This document shows, piece by piece, positions 29,272 to 39,800 of a stretch of 64,000 bases of DNA. The first letter of the stretch is position 1. The number at the start of each line of letters is the position of its first letter. A program made the position numbers and the translations under genes. Source of the DNA: a virus. The DNA lies in IMG/VR virus record IMGVR_UViG_3300027728_000006, positions 32,001-96,000 of that record. One strand, 5' to 3'. Below the pieces are notes generated by a model that was not told the DNA's origin, ran no database searches, and saw nothing but the letters and a program-made list of their open reading frames with translations.

Positions 29272-32200
29272 ATGAATATCTTTAATGTTAATAATATCAA
29301 ATCAATTTTACCATTTTTCTTACCTAGCTCTGGCGGAATTCTAAAAGCCAATGTGAGTGAAGCTGATCAAATTTCTGAAATTACAATAGATGGCGAATTA
29401 ATTGAATTCGAATCAACGTCCTCCTCTGAAATTTCTTTAAAAATTCCAAGTTTAACAAGCGGAATTAAAAGCATTAAATTTAAAACTCAAGGCTATACAA
29501 CTGAAAAACCTAATGCTTTTACAATTATTCCTCCTGCGACAATCAATCAAGTAAAAAATAACGACTCCATAACGGAAAAAACAATCTTAAAAAGGAATGA
29601 AAAATTAAAAATTCCCAAAAGCGGAGGATCCTTTAAGATAGTAGGTTCCGGCTTTGAGTTTGTAAATTTTATAAAAATTGATAAAATAAATATAATTGAT
29701 TTTAAGATATTATCTAGTTCTGAAATCGCAGTAACCATACCCCTTACACTCTCCGGCAGAAAAGAAAAAATTTATATAAAAAACCTTGCTGGAGAAGAGA
29801 GCGCATTTGTTTTAAATTTAAATATAGATAACGAATTACCAACCATCACTTCTATTTCTCCAGATTATAAAAAAATAAGTGAATTGCCTCTAGAGATAAC
29901 AATCATTGGATCCAACTTTGATTCTGACTTTTTAGAGGTAAAAGTCGATGAAGAAATTCAAAATATAAAATTTTCAGATTCCTCTATTGTTAAATTTGAT
30001 TATTTAAATAATTCACCTGGACTTAAAAATATTTCGATCGAAACAAGTTCTGGAAAAACAATTCGCAAAAATTCATTTTTTAACTTTGCCTCCCCAAATA
30101 TCAGTAATATCTCTCCACACAGTATTTCTCAATTTGGCGGAACTTCCATAACAATAACTGGATCGGATCTTGATATTTTTGAAAATGTTCAACTTGGTGA
30201 AACAAATTGCGCCATTCTAGAAAAAACGTACAATTCTTTAATTTTTACTTCTCCTGCTTTTGAAGATGATGGGCACAAAAATTTAACATTAAGTGGACCA
30301 TTTCAAACAATAGTAGAAACAAATATTATCGAAGTAATTTCTGAACCAGAAATCTCTTCGTTTTTCCCCAATATTTTAAATCCGACAAAAGTAGAAAGCG
30401 TAAAGGTTTTTGGAAAAAATCTTTTAAATTTAAAAAACCTGCTAAATTCTTCAGATGAATCAAACATAGAGTTCTTAGCATATAATAATTTTTCAGGAGA
30501 AGCTAATATATATCCAAATTTGTCAGGGCAAGGCAATCAGACGATCCAATCGGAATCATCAATTGGAACAGTATTAGATACTCAAAACATTTATTCATAC
30601 AATACGCCAAACCCAGTAATTTTAAAAATTGAGCCCTCTGTCTTACCAAGTTACAGTTTATCTATAAATGAATCTGGACAAATTTACAAATCTGATTCTT
30701 CTGGAATAATTTATGGAAATTATTTTTTGCCACCCCTTTCCGTAAAGATAGGAGGACAAAATGTAAAAATTATCACAGGGTCAAGCTTAAATACAAATAG
30801 TTCAATACCAGTAATACTCCCCACTGGGCTAATTGGATATTCCGATATTGAAATTACAAGCAATGGAAGAACGTCTACTTTAAACAGCGGTACCAATTTT
30901 TCTAATCTTCCAATTTTTGAAAAAGTATATCCTGACTATTCGTGGTCCGGAGGCGGACAAATGATAACCATAGAGGGTCAAAACTTACTCGGAAGTGAAA
31001 TCTTTATAGAACAAGGAACTAATTTAAACCCAACATTTGCTAAAATAGAAAATACAAAAATTAATTCAGATCAAAAGCTATCATTTTTTACAATTCCTGG
31101 ATCCGGAGGTTGTCGAGGTCAATATATGGGAACCTGCTTGGATCCAAAAGGACAAGACGGACCTAGAATTATAAAAATATCAGGACGCGGCGGAGATTTT
31201 CTTTATTCTGGTTTAAATTATGTAAACGAACCAAAAATAATAAGCGCCTATCAAACAGGATTCGACACTATCTGGGGCGCACTCCCATCTAATACAATAT
31301 TTTTAAACGGAAAAATAAATGTAAATTACGACCCAAGCACATGGAATAGCTTTAACGGAAAGAGTGTTAAATTTTATCCAGGCAATTCAGGAGCTTTTTC
31401 ACAATCAGTAAGCCCAAAAATAAACGGAGTAAAGTTACAAATTTTAACAGATCAAAGCTCCGCCACTGGACTAGCTTGTAAGATTCCTTATTTAAAATAT
31501 TCGCTTTCGGGCAGTAATAAGACAGTATTAGGCTTTTCTGGGAACACCCAAATAACAGTTTCTTCCGGATTGTCTGCAGAATTACTAAATAAATCTTCTT
31601 TTATAGATTCCTTGGAAGATTTTAATTCAAGCCAAGTGTTTGTGGACAAATATCTTGCCTATAAAATATGGTACCATAATGGAGTTTCTGAAAAAGACCA
31701 CTCGATTGACGACTGGTACGATACAAGCTACAGTTTTGACGGCTGGAATAAATACGGACAAGGAAATCCAACACCGCAACCCGCTCAATTAAAAAAAATT
31801 AAACCATTAGAATATGTAAAAAAAGCAAAAGTTAGACTTGACAATGGAACCAATTATCAAGTAGGGCCAGGCTATTTGGCTGGAATATCAACGCCCAACG
31901 TATTATCATTCAGCTTGCCGTCAAATGCAAAAATTGGAACTCTCATACGAGTAGAAATAGGGCAGCTTGGATACAATTGCACAACTACAATTCCAGGATT
32001 TTTAGAAGTTGATTGCGACGGATGCATGTATCCCGGCAATGGACCAGCTAGACCAAATGCAAAAGAAAAAGGTCCGTTTACATTTTTAAAAACAAAAAAT
32101 GGTTGGAATATTATCCATATCGGCAATTATCAAACAATAAATTCCGCATTAAATACCGGCGTATCTCCAGGTTGGATAATTTCTCCAGAAGTTGGAGAAT

Positions 32201-35200
32201 TAAATTTCTCTTGGGTCAAGAGAAAAGACTCTTTTGACAACGCTTATTTTGGAAATTACATACCCAATACAATATCTCAAAACAGCTCTGGAAATATACA
32301 CATAGAAGAAAAAACAAATGAGATTGTGAATAGTGGAATTTTTGATTCTTACAATGTGCTTCAAGTAAAATCTGACGACTATCTGCTTAATCACGAACAG
32401 TATATTTCGTTCCTTCCATTCGTTCCGCCGTATATTGGAGCGATATCAACAAGATCCACCGGATCGAGCAATGATCCATCACCAAATTACGGACCCTTAA
32501 CATTGGGCAATATAGCAAGTGGCGTGAACAACGGCGGATACATAATTGATTTATCTGGGTTTTTCCAAAAAACCGCAGGTACAAGCGAAGTATTTATCGG
32601 CGAACAAAAGGTGGCACAAATCGATTCTACTTCGTTCGGTGGAACGCTACCATCGGCATCATCAAGTCAAAACCTTATTTCAATTGGAGTAACAGGCTTT
32701 TCGCTTGAACAAGTTGGAACTTTTGATGTAACTATAAAAAACAACCTCGGTCAATCCACCCTGCCAAACGCGTTTGCAGTTTTTGAATCCCCCCAGCAGG
32801 GAAACACTAAGATTCAATCGCTATCTATTACATTATCAGCTCCAACTACTCAAAATCCAGCCATTTACCCAAAAAGCATTGATCTCAATCAAGATAATAT
32901 TCCAGATAGTTGGGATAATCAATATTTCCCAAATGCTTTAAATTTTACATCATTTACAATCACAGGTTTCTCAAATGCCCCAGGCGGAACATCAACATTG
33001 AATTCTCCAAACGCAGTATATTTAAAAACTCCAAGCAATCAATCTACCTACCCTCAAGGTCAAGGAATTTATTATTACGAAAGCGGCAGACAAATCAATT
33101 CAAAGGGTCCAAACTTTATTTTATGCGCAGAAGGTAAATGCACGTTATTCCTTGCTCCCAAAAATGTAATACCATACACAACTTTGCCTTACGACCCCGT
33201 TTCGTCTCCACTTGGCGCTCTTTCATTCTTAAAAACTTTTGGTAAAGAGTTTGCTCCCTTGCCATGGAATAGGGAGTGGAAGTATGAGCAACCTCAGGTT
33301 GGCTATTCTTCAGGAACTGTTAGTCCAATATTTACAAGTCCAATAAATCATTATGTTTTAGATTCAGATGCAGATGGATTAACAAATACAAAGGAATATG
33401 TGTTTGGAACAAGCCCAATATCTTCAGCATCCAAATACGCGCCATCTTACTCTATAAGTGGGGGAATGTTTCATTTCTTTGTGCCAACAATAGTAGATAG
33501 AAAATATACAATTCAAACTGGCAATCTTATAAATTGGTACAATGTTGCGACCCTTACTGGAGATGGTTTTACTAAAAAGTTTTCTACGAATACAGTAGGT
33601 AACATTTTTTTCAGAGCGTTTGTTGAATTATTATATAAACCACCTACAGTAAACGAAATATTTCCAAATCAAGCCAAACTTAATGGAAATGAAAATTTTA
33701 TTATCTCTGGTTCAAATTTCTCAACAGTTAATGCGCTAACGGTAGAGAACACAAATGTTAGCAATTTTCAAATTGAATCAGATTCTATCATAGCATTTAA
33801 CCCTCCAAACCTGTCTACTTCTGGATATAAAAAAATAACTATAACAAATAAAAGCGGAACCACTAGTGGAAATGGAAAAGGCATAACCTATTTCAATACG
33901 CCTATAGTAAATTCTATTATTCCGAATAAATTTTCTGCTGCTGGCGGTTCAGCAACGATTAGTGGGTCAGGATTTTGTAGTCCGATTTCTATAGCAATTG
34001 AAAACGAAAATAATCCAACCTTTTCTTCTATTAATTTAACTGGACTTAATATCTCAATTCCAGCTCAAAAAACAATTGGAATTAAAAATCTTACAGTTTC
34101 AACTCCAGGCGGAAGTTCTAATTTGCCCATAGAAATATGTGGCGCTCCGAACATTATCGATATAGATCCAAATCGAGGCTCTCCAGCTGGAGGAAATAAA
34201 ATTACCATAAATGGTAATAACTTTATAAGTGGATACACTAAACTTTTTATAGAAAAAACTAATGGCGATTTTCAAGAAATCGCAATAACAGATTTTTTAG
34301 GGACCAGCTCTATTTCCGCAACAGTTCCATCCTCTGAAATTTCTGCGCCATTCAGCGAAGGGTACAGGGATATAAAAGTCGAAACCTTTGGTGGGATTAA
34401 CTCATCACTGCAAAGCAATGGATATTACTATGTTGGTAATGCATTATTGTCTTCTATAAACCCATCCACTGGAAACATTGATGGGCTTAATAATATATTA
34501 ATAAGTGGATCTAATTTAAACTCAGATACTAATATATTTATTGATGGTCAACAAATATTGAATAAAGTTTTTATTTCTTCAAGTTCTATATCCGGCAAGG
34601 CTCCTATTGGATTAACAACTGGATTTAAAACCGTAATGTCTAGCGGGCTCAATCAAGGCAAATCATTTTTAATATCTGGATATAGATACGCAAAAAATCC
34701 AATTATAAATACAATTTCTACAAGCTGTATAAAAACAGGAACTTCTCCAAACATAAAGATTTCTGGACAAAATTTACTATCAAGCCTAAAAACAAAACTA
34801 ACAATTGGTGGACAAAATTCAAATATTTCCTCTAACATTTCGGAAACCGGAATCGAATCATCGATTCCGATATCTAACAATCCTGGACCAGTTACTTTAT
34901 TTATAGATACCGAAGCTGGAAGAAGCAATAGTTTAATAATAAACTACATAGGAACACCTTCAAGCTTATCAATAAATCCTAACTGGGCTAGCGAAACTGG
35001 AAAAAATAATATTACTATTTATGGAAATAATTTTGGAACTGGCGATTGCAAACCTCTATTAAAAGTTGGAACGCAACAAGCTCAAGCCACATCCTATACA
35101 AACAGTGAAATAATATTCAATGCTCCAGCTTCTACATATGGTGCAAAAAATATCAATGTTGAAAATTTGGCGGGCACCGGAACTGTACAGTTTACATATT

Positions 35201-36117
35201 TAATGAAGCCAACAATTGCCAGTGTAACGCCAAGTGAAGGTGTCGCAAATGGAGGCAACGTGGTAATTATTTCTGGAAGTGGAATCTTAACCTCACCATT
35301 TGAAGGCACTAAAGTTTACTTCAATAACTCTGAAATTGCAACATCAAATTTAATTGGAAACGTAAACTCTTCAAGTCGCGTTCAATTTACCGTCCCAGCC
35401 AGAGTAGGCAGTGAAAATTATATAGATCTTGAAATTCGAAATGGTGGAGGTCAAACTTTGGTTAAAAGCGGATATAAATACATTGATGCGCCTATCATTG
35501 CTTCTCTGCTTCCATCAGCAGGATCAATAGCTGGTGGTAATACATTTGAAATTTCTGGCTCGAATATAACTAATGATATCAGTGTAAAATTTGGAAATAA
35601 CACAGTTGGAAATTTAACATTTATTTCAAATACAGGAATACGTGGATCAGTACCATCTTCAACAAACGCTGCAATTTCAAACGTAACAATTAATGGATTA
35701 AATTTATCAACAGTTACAAAAAATTACGCATATCTAGACTCTCCGTCTATAGCGAGTATTACCCCATCCGTTGGACCATCTGATTACAATAGAATATCTT
35801 TTCAAATAAGCGGATCAAAATTCACACTGCCAAATTCAAATATAAATTATGGCTCTAGCTTAAAAATTGGAAGTCAAGAAATATTAATCAATTCAATTTC
35901 TGAAAACATTGTTAATGCCAGCATAACAAATTCAACAACCCCAAGCGGAGTAAAAAACGTTCAATTTTCTAATCTCGGAGGGACTGGAATATTAAATAGT
36001 GGATATACTGGAATAAATTATTTTCCAACTTATTCAACTCCATCATTAACTGAAAACTCTACTCTGCTCACTGCAAGCCCAACAGTTAACACTCTATATA
36101 TAACTTATCAACCATAA
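29272..36117 (+). CDS. giant IPT/TIG Ig-like repeat protein, probable virion surface or adhesion protein
   Basis: Many P-x-I-x-S-I-x-P-x-x-G...GG..ITI.G.NF units flanking a central non-repeat region. Confidence 0.85.
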   Translation: MNIFNVNNIKSILPFFLPSSGGILKANVSEADQISEITIDGELIEFESTSSSEISLKIPSLTSGIKSIKFKTQGYTTEKPNAFTIIPPATINQVKNNDSITEKTILKRNEKLKIPKSGGSFKIVGSGFEFVNFIKIDKINIIDFKILSSSEIAVTIPLTLSGRKEKIYIKNLAGEESAFVLNLNIDNELPTITSISPDYKKISELPLEITIIGSNFDSDFLEVKVDEEIQNIKFSDSSIVKFDYLNNSPGLKNISIETSSGKTIRKNSFFNFASPNISNISPHSISQFGGTSITITGSDLDIFENVQLGETNCAILEKTYNSLIFTSPAFEDDGHKNLTLSGPFQTIVETNIIEVISEPEISSFFPNILNPTKVESVKVFGKNLLNLKNLLNSSDESNIEFLAYNNFSGEANIYPNLSGQGNQTIQSESSIGTVLDTQNIYSYNTPNPVILKIEPSVLPSYSLSINESGQIYKSDSSGIIYGNYFLPPLSVKIGGQNVKIITGSSLNTNSSIPVILPTGLIGYSDIEITSNGRTSTLNSGTNFSNLPIFEKVYPDYSWSGGGQMITIEGQNLLGSEIFIEQGTNLNPTFAKIENTKINSDQKLSFFTIPGSGGCRGQYMGTCLDPKGQDGPRIIKISGRGGDFLYSGLNYVNEPKIISAYQTGFDTIWGALPSNTIFLNGKINVNYDPSTWNSFNGKSVKFYPGNSGAFSQSVSPKINGVKLQILTDQSSATGLACKIPYLKYSLSGSNKTVLGFSGNTQITVSSGLSAELLNKSSFIDSLEDFNSSQVFVDKYLAYKIWYHNGVSEKDHSIDDWYDTSYSFDGWNKYGQGNPTPQPAQLKKIKPLEYVKKAKVRLDNGTNYQVGPGYLAGISTPNVLSFSLPSNAKIGTLIRVEIGQLGYNCTTTIPGFLEVDCDGCMYPGNGPARPNAKEKGPFTFLKTKNGWNIIHIGNYQTINSALNTGVSPGWIISPEVGELNFSWVKRKDSFDNAYFGNYIPNTISQNSSGNIHIEEKTNEIVNSGIFDSYNVLQVKSDDYLLNHEQYISFLPFVPPYIGAISTRSTGSSNDPSPNYGPLTLGNIASGVNNGGYIIDLSGFFQKTAGTSEVFIGEQKVAQIDSTSFGGTLPSASSSQNLISIGVTGFSLEQVGTFDVTIKNNLGQSTLPNAFAVFESPQQGNTKIQSLSITLSAPTTQNPAIYPKSIDLNQDNIPDSWDNQYFPNALNFTSFTITGFSNAPGGTSTLNSPNAVYLKTPSNQSTYPQGQGIYYYESGRQINSKGPNFILCAEGKCTLFLAPKNVIPYTTLPYDPVSSPLGALSFLKTFGKEFAPLPWNREWKYEQPQVGYSSGTVSPIFTSPINHYVLDSDADGLTNTKEYVFGTSPISSASKYAPSYSISGGMFHFFVPTIVDRKYTIQTGNLINWYNVATLTGDGFTKKFSTNTVGNIFFRAFVELLYKPPTVNEIFPNQAKLNGNENFIISGSNFSTVNALTVENTNVSNFQIESDSIIAFNPPNLSTSGYKKITITNKSGTTSGNGKGITYFNTPIVNSIIPNKFSAAGGSATISGSGFCSPISIAIENENNPTFSSINLTGLNISIPAQKTIGIKNLTVSTPGGSSNLPIEICGAPNIIDIDPNRGSPAGGNKITINGNNFISGYTKLFIEKTNGDFQEIAITDFLGTSSISATVPSSEISAPFSEGYRDIKVETFGGINSSLQSNGYYYVGNALLSSINPSTGNIDGLNNILISGSNLNSDTNIFIDGQQILNKVFISSSSISGKAPIGLTTGFKTVMSSGLNQGKSFLISGYRYAKNPIINTISTSCIKTGTSPNIKISGQNLLSSLKTKLTIGGQNSNISSNISETGIESSIPISNNPGPVTLFIDTEAGRSNSLIINYIGTPSSLSINPNWASETGKNNITIYGNNFGTGDCKPLLKVGTQQAQATSYTNSEIIFNAPASTYGAKNINVENLAGTGTVQFTYLMKPTIASVTPSEGVANGGNVVIISGSGILTSPFEGTKVYFNNSEIATSNLIGNVNSSSRVQFTVPARVGSENYIDLEIRNGGGQTLVKSGYKYIDAPIIASLLPSAGSIAGGNTFEISGSNITNDISVKFGNNTVGNLTFISNTGIRGSVPSSTNAAISNVTINGLNLSTVTKNYAYLDSPSIASITPSVGPSDYNRISFQISGSKFTLPNSNINYGSSLKIGSQEILINSISENIVNASITNSTTPSGVKNVQFSNLGGTGILNSGYTGINYFPTYSTPSLTENSTLLTASPTVNTLYITYQP

Positions 36118-36206
36118 TCGGTTATTTCTTCATTTTTTTTTTAAAAACTGTCAATCTTTTATAAAATAAGTGTATAAACTAATTAAGACACTCTAAAATT
36201 AATCAT

Positions 36207-36764
36207 ATGCCAAAACTCAAGCCTTACAGACAATATAGCGAACACGACGTAATAAATGGATTATTTTCTTACTCTGGACCCGTTCCAGTAGAAGCAGGAA
36301 CGATAGTTAAAATTGCAAGCAATTATCGTGACTCCAGTGGCAATATTTCTGAATATTTAGAACTTTCTAATGTGGAAAATACCATTTCTGCTTTATTTTC
36401 ATGCGTTGGGTCTGTAGCGAAAACTGTCAATTTTGACGATACGCCAAGACCAGTGGGGATTTTACTAAAAGACGTAAAAGAATTTGACGAAAATGGCACT
36501 CCCTTGATTTTTGAACCCAGAGCTGCTGCTGAAAGAAACATAGTTCTTCCACATCAAGCTGTTCCCATTTTAACAAGGGGAATTATTCTTATTAATGATA
36601 TTGATGTATCCAATCATACTGGCGGAGGCGGCGAACCAGCGGCAGGAGATGCAGTATACATAGGCGATAATGGAGCATTTGCCACAGATGGAGTTATTGC
36701 AGTTGGACAATTCTTAAGCTCCATTGATGAGGATGGATATTGCCTTATCAGATTTTCATTTTGA
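36207..36764 (+). CDS. putative capsid decoration/cement-like protein
   Basis: 185 aa; PVGILL, QAVPILTRG, AGDAVY..NG, VGQFL pattern typical of head-decoration proteins; preceded by GTGTATAA. Confidence 0.45.
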   Translation: MPKLKPYRQYSEHDVINGLFSYSGPVPVEAGTIVKIASNYRDSSGNISEYLELSNVENTISALFSCVGSVAKTVNFDDTPRPVGILLKDVKEFDENGTPLIFEPRAAAERNIVLPHQAVPILTRGIILINDIDVSNHTGGGGEPAAGDAVYIGDNGAFATDGVIAVGQFLSSIDEDGYCLIRFSF

Positions 36765-36820
36765 TTAATATTTAAAATACAATAAATCTTTTAAAGATTG
36801 TATTTTTTATACTATCAATC

Positions 36821-39800
36821 TCAAGCATAGTATTCGTCACAGTTAGTTGTAGATCTGCGGCATAACTGGTGACAGCGTTTTCTCCGTGGGGTCTTCCCAT
36901 CGGCGCATAAACTACCAGTATCAACTTCTTTAGTCCATAAATTCTGAGCGCAGCAGTCGCTACTAAATGACGTGTATGCATCCGCAGCACCGCAGCCTAA
37001 GCACGAAACTCTAATTGGAGCGCTTAGTTCACCTTCAGAACCAACCCTTCCGTTTCTGCAATCGGAATCACTTACCACGGCACTGCTATTTCTAAGTTTA
37101 AAAACATTAAAAGTTTTAGAAGCACCAGGAATCAACATAAAACTACTCCTGCCAGAATCAATATTTATAGCCTTATTCATGGACAATGCAACACATTGCA
37201 CGCATGTATTACAACTATTGACATTTAACCTTTTTCCGATTGGCGCTCTAGGTATTGCCGTAACACTACAAACCCCATATATACTGAAATCCAAACAGCT
37301 AGAATTATCTGACCAACAAGAAAGATATAACTCTATATAACATCCTTGTTGCACACTTGGACCAGCCTTAGGCGCTCCTGGTGCGCCTGGTGCGCCTCCA
37401 GGTCCGCTGCCGCCGAAAGGGTTCGGAGGAAAAGAAAGGGGCGCAGCAAGTAAAACCACTGGTCCAGCAACAGCAGCGGGTCCAGCAACAGGTCCAGCAA
37501 CAGGTCCAGCAACAGGTCCAGCAACAGGTCCAGCAGGAGGCGTAAATGGAATATCGTCACATATTCCAGGATGACACCTAAGACCTCCAGTTAGAAATTT
37601 ACCACCAAGACGACCACATTGCTCTTGCGTGGTTTCTACGCAAAGGGTGGGAAGACAACATGGGGCAATTGAATCTGGCGGTAATGGAGGTTCAGAAGGA
37701 ATACAGTTATAAGCCTCATTTATATCGTCGTCAGTAATAATAAAATTAGCCTCATCATTGCCAATTTGAAGAAACGGATAAGACCCAATAGGGGTAATTT
37801 TTAATTTAAAACCCTCAACCCTCTCCATGTCCCCTTCGTTTTCAAGAATTTGACCAAGTTTTAATCCTGTTTCTGCATTATTAATAATAAACGGAATCTT
37901 GGTAAAATATCCACTTGGATAAATTTCACTAGATTCTAAATATTCAGCCCCAGTACCATTTATGGTCGGAGCCCATTTTTGATAAGAAATTAATCCAGAA
38001 AAATTATAATCTCTCCAACCTGTCAAATTTATAGTATAACTAACCATTTGATCTTTTTCACATCCCGAATATGAAGTTTTACTGAATGATAAGTAAGAAG
38101 GTAACGGCTCTGAAGGAGGATTGAAGCCACCAGTAGGTTTACCATATTTTATTTTTAATAAATAATTACCACTAGCCAAATAATCATTAAAAGAGAAAAA
38201 ATTACTTTTTTCTTGAATTTGCTCATTTGAAAAGGGTTGACTTTTTAAAGTTTTTATTTTTTCATTTCTTGTGTCATAACCAGAACAATTAAAAAAAGAA
38301 ATATTGCCCCTTGAGATTCCAGAAATATCACTTGCATCATAATTATAACCTTGAAAATTTGTTATAATTTCACCATAAAAATTTTCATCATCAGCTAATT
38401 GCAAACTATAGCCATAGTAATATCCATATCCCCCAGTACACCCAGCATCAAAACAATCGCCAGTTCTTAATTCGTAATTATTATTCAGCAAATATTTGCC
38501 AGAAACTCCATAAAAATTTTTATTATACTTACCAAAGTATTCGTATTCTGGATTTTCATTAAAGTTTTTTAAAATATACCTATCCTCGTCGCAGTCGTAA
38601 ACATAACCAAAATCAACCTTTTTTTTAATAGTTTCCTCTATGACTCTAGACTCTCCAGAGTAAGAGTATAATCCTTGTTCAAGTATATATTTTTTAAAAA
38701 TCCCACTAAACGAACCTCCCACCCCAGTATTTTCATTTACATCATAAGAATACTCTCCAGAATACATTTTTCCTGTAAAAATTCTGCACCCACTGCCATA
38801 ACAATTATAAGCCACTGGCGGATAATCATAATCAATATAAGTCCCCTCAACGCCTCTATTGTAATTTGGCGGATTGATAATCAAACCACTAACCAATTCT
38901 CCATTTTGTCCAGTGAAAGTTGTAAATCCGCCACCCAAGGGAATTTTATTAACTCCAAAAGCTAAATCTTGATAGTAAAATTCTTCTGTATCAATCTCTG
39001 TGCCGTTAAAATATTTTTTAATATAACCAGTTGAAGCAAAAGTATATCTTTTTTGAACGACTCCAGAATAAAAACCAGTAAAGTATAATTCATTTGGCGA
39101 GCATCCACTTATCCCAGTAACGTACAAAATATAATTACCCAATCCCGTACATCCACTTCCATCGCAATTTTTTACTAAACTTGAATTAGAAAACAATCCG
39201 CTTACTCCATTTGATAAATAAAGTTGATAATTGTCGTTTAAAAATGCACCCACCGGCTCATTGAATGAATAATTCACAACTTGACTAGGAGTAGCGTTGT
39301 AATTTTTGCAATGTTTGCTTTCTTTAAATAAATCAAAATCTACATAACAATTTTCTTTTTTTATTTCAAATTTAAAATCCGATTTAACTAAGTCGCAAGA
39401 TTTTTCTTTTATAGAGAAATCTACCAAACTTTCGTCTGAAATATCATCAAAGAACAATTCTCCACTTACATTAAATCCAGATAAAAAATTAAAAGATTGA
39501 GTTAAAACTGGATAAGAATTCATATATTCTCTCCAGCCATCTAATGAATTCAATTTGACCTTAGAACCAGTTAATCCGCCCGTTGAAACTGGCGTAGGCG
39601 AAGATGAAAAGAAAGATTGAATTGGATTATTAAAAAAACCAGAACCGCTAATAGATGGATACAGTCTAGATATTCTAACCCTACCGCCAGTGGGAGTTGA
39701 AGTACCAATATCTAAATCACCCACAAATAAACCAGATTCATTATAAAAATCTAATTTTCCATAAAAATTTCCTGATTTAGTTAAAAAATTAGAATTATTT

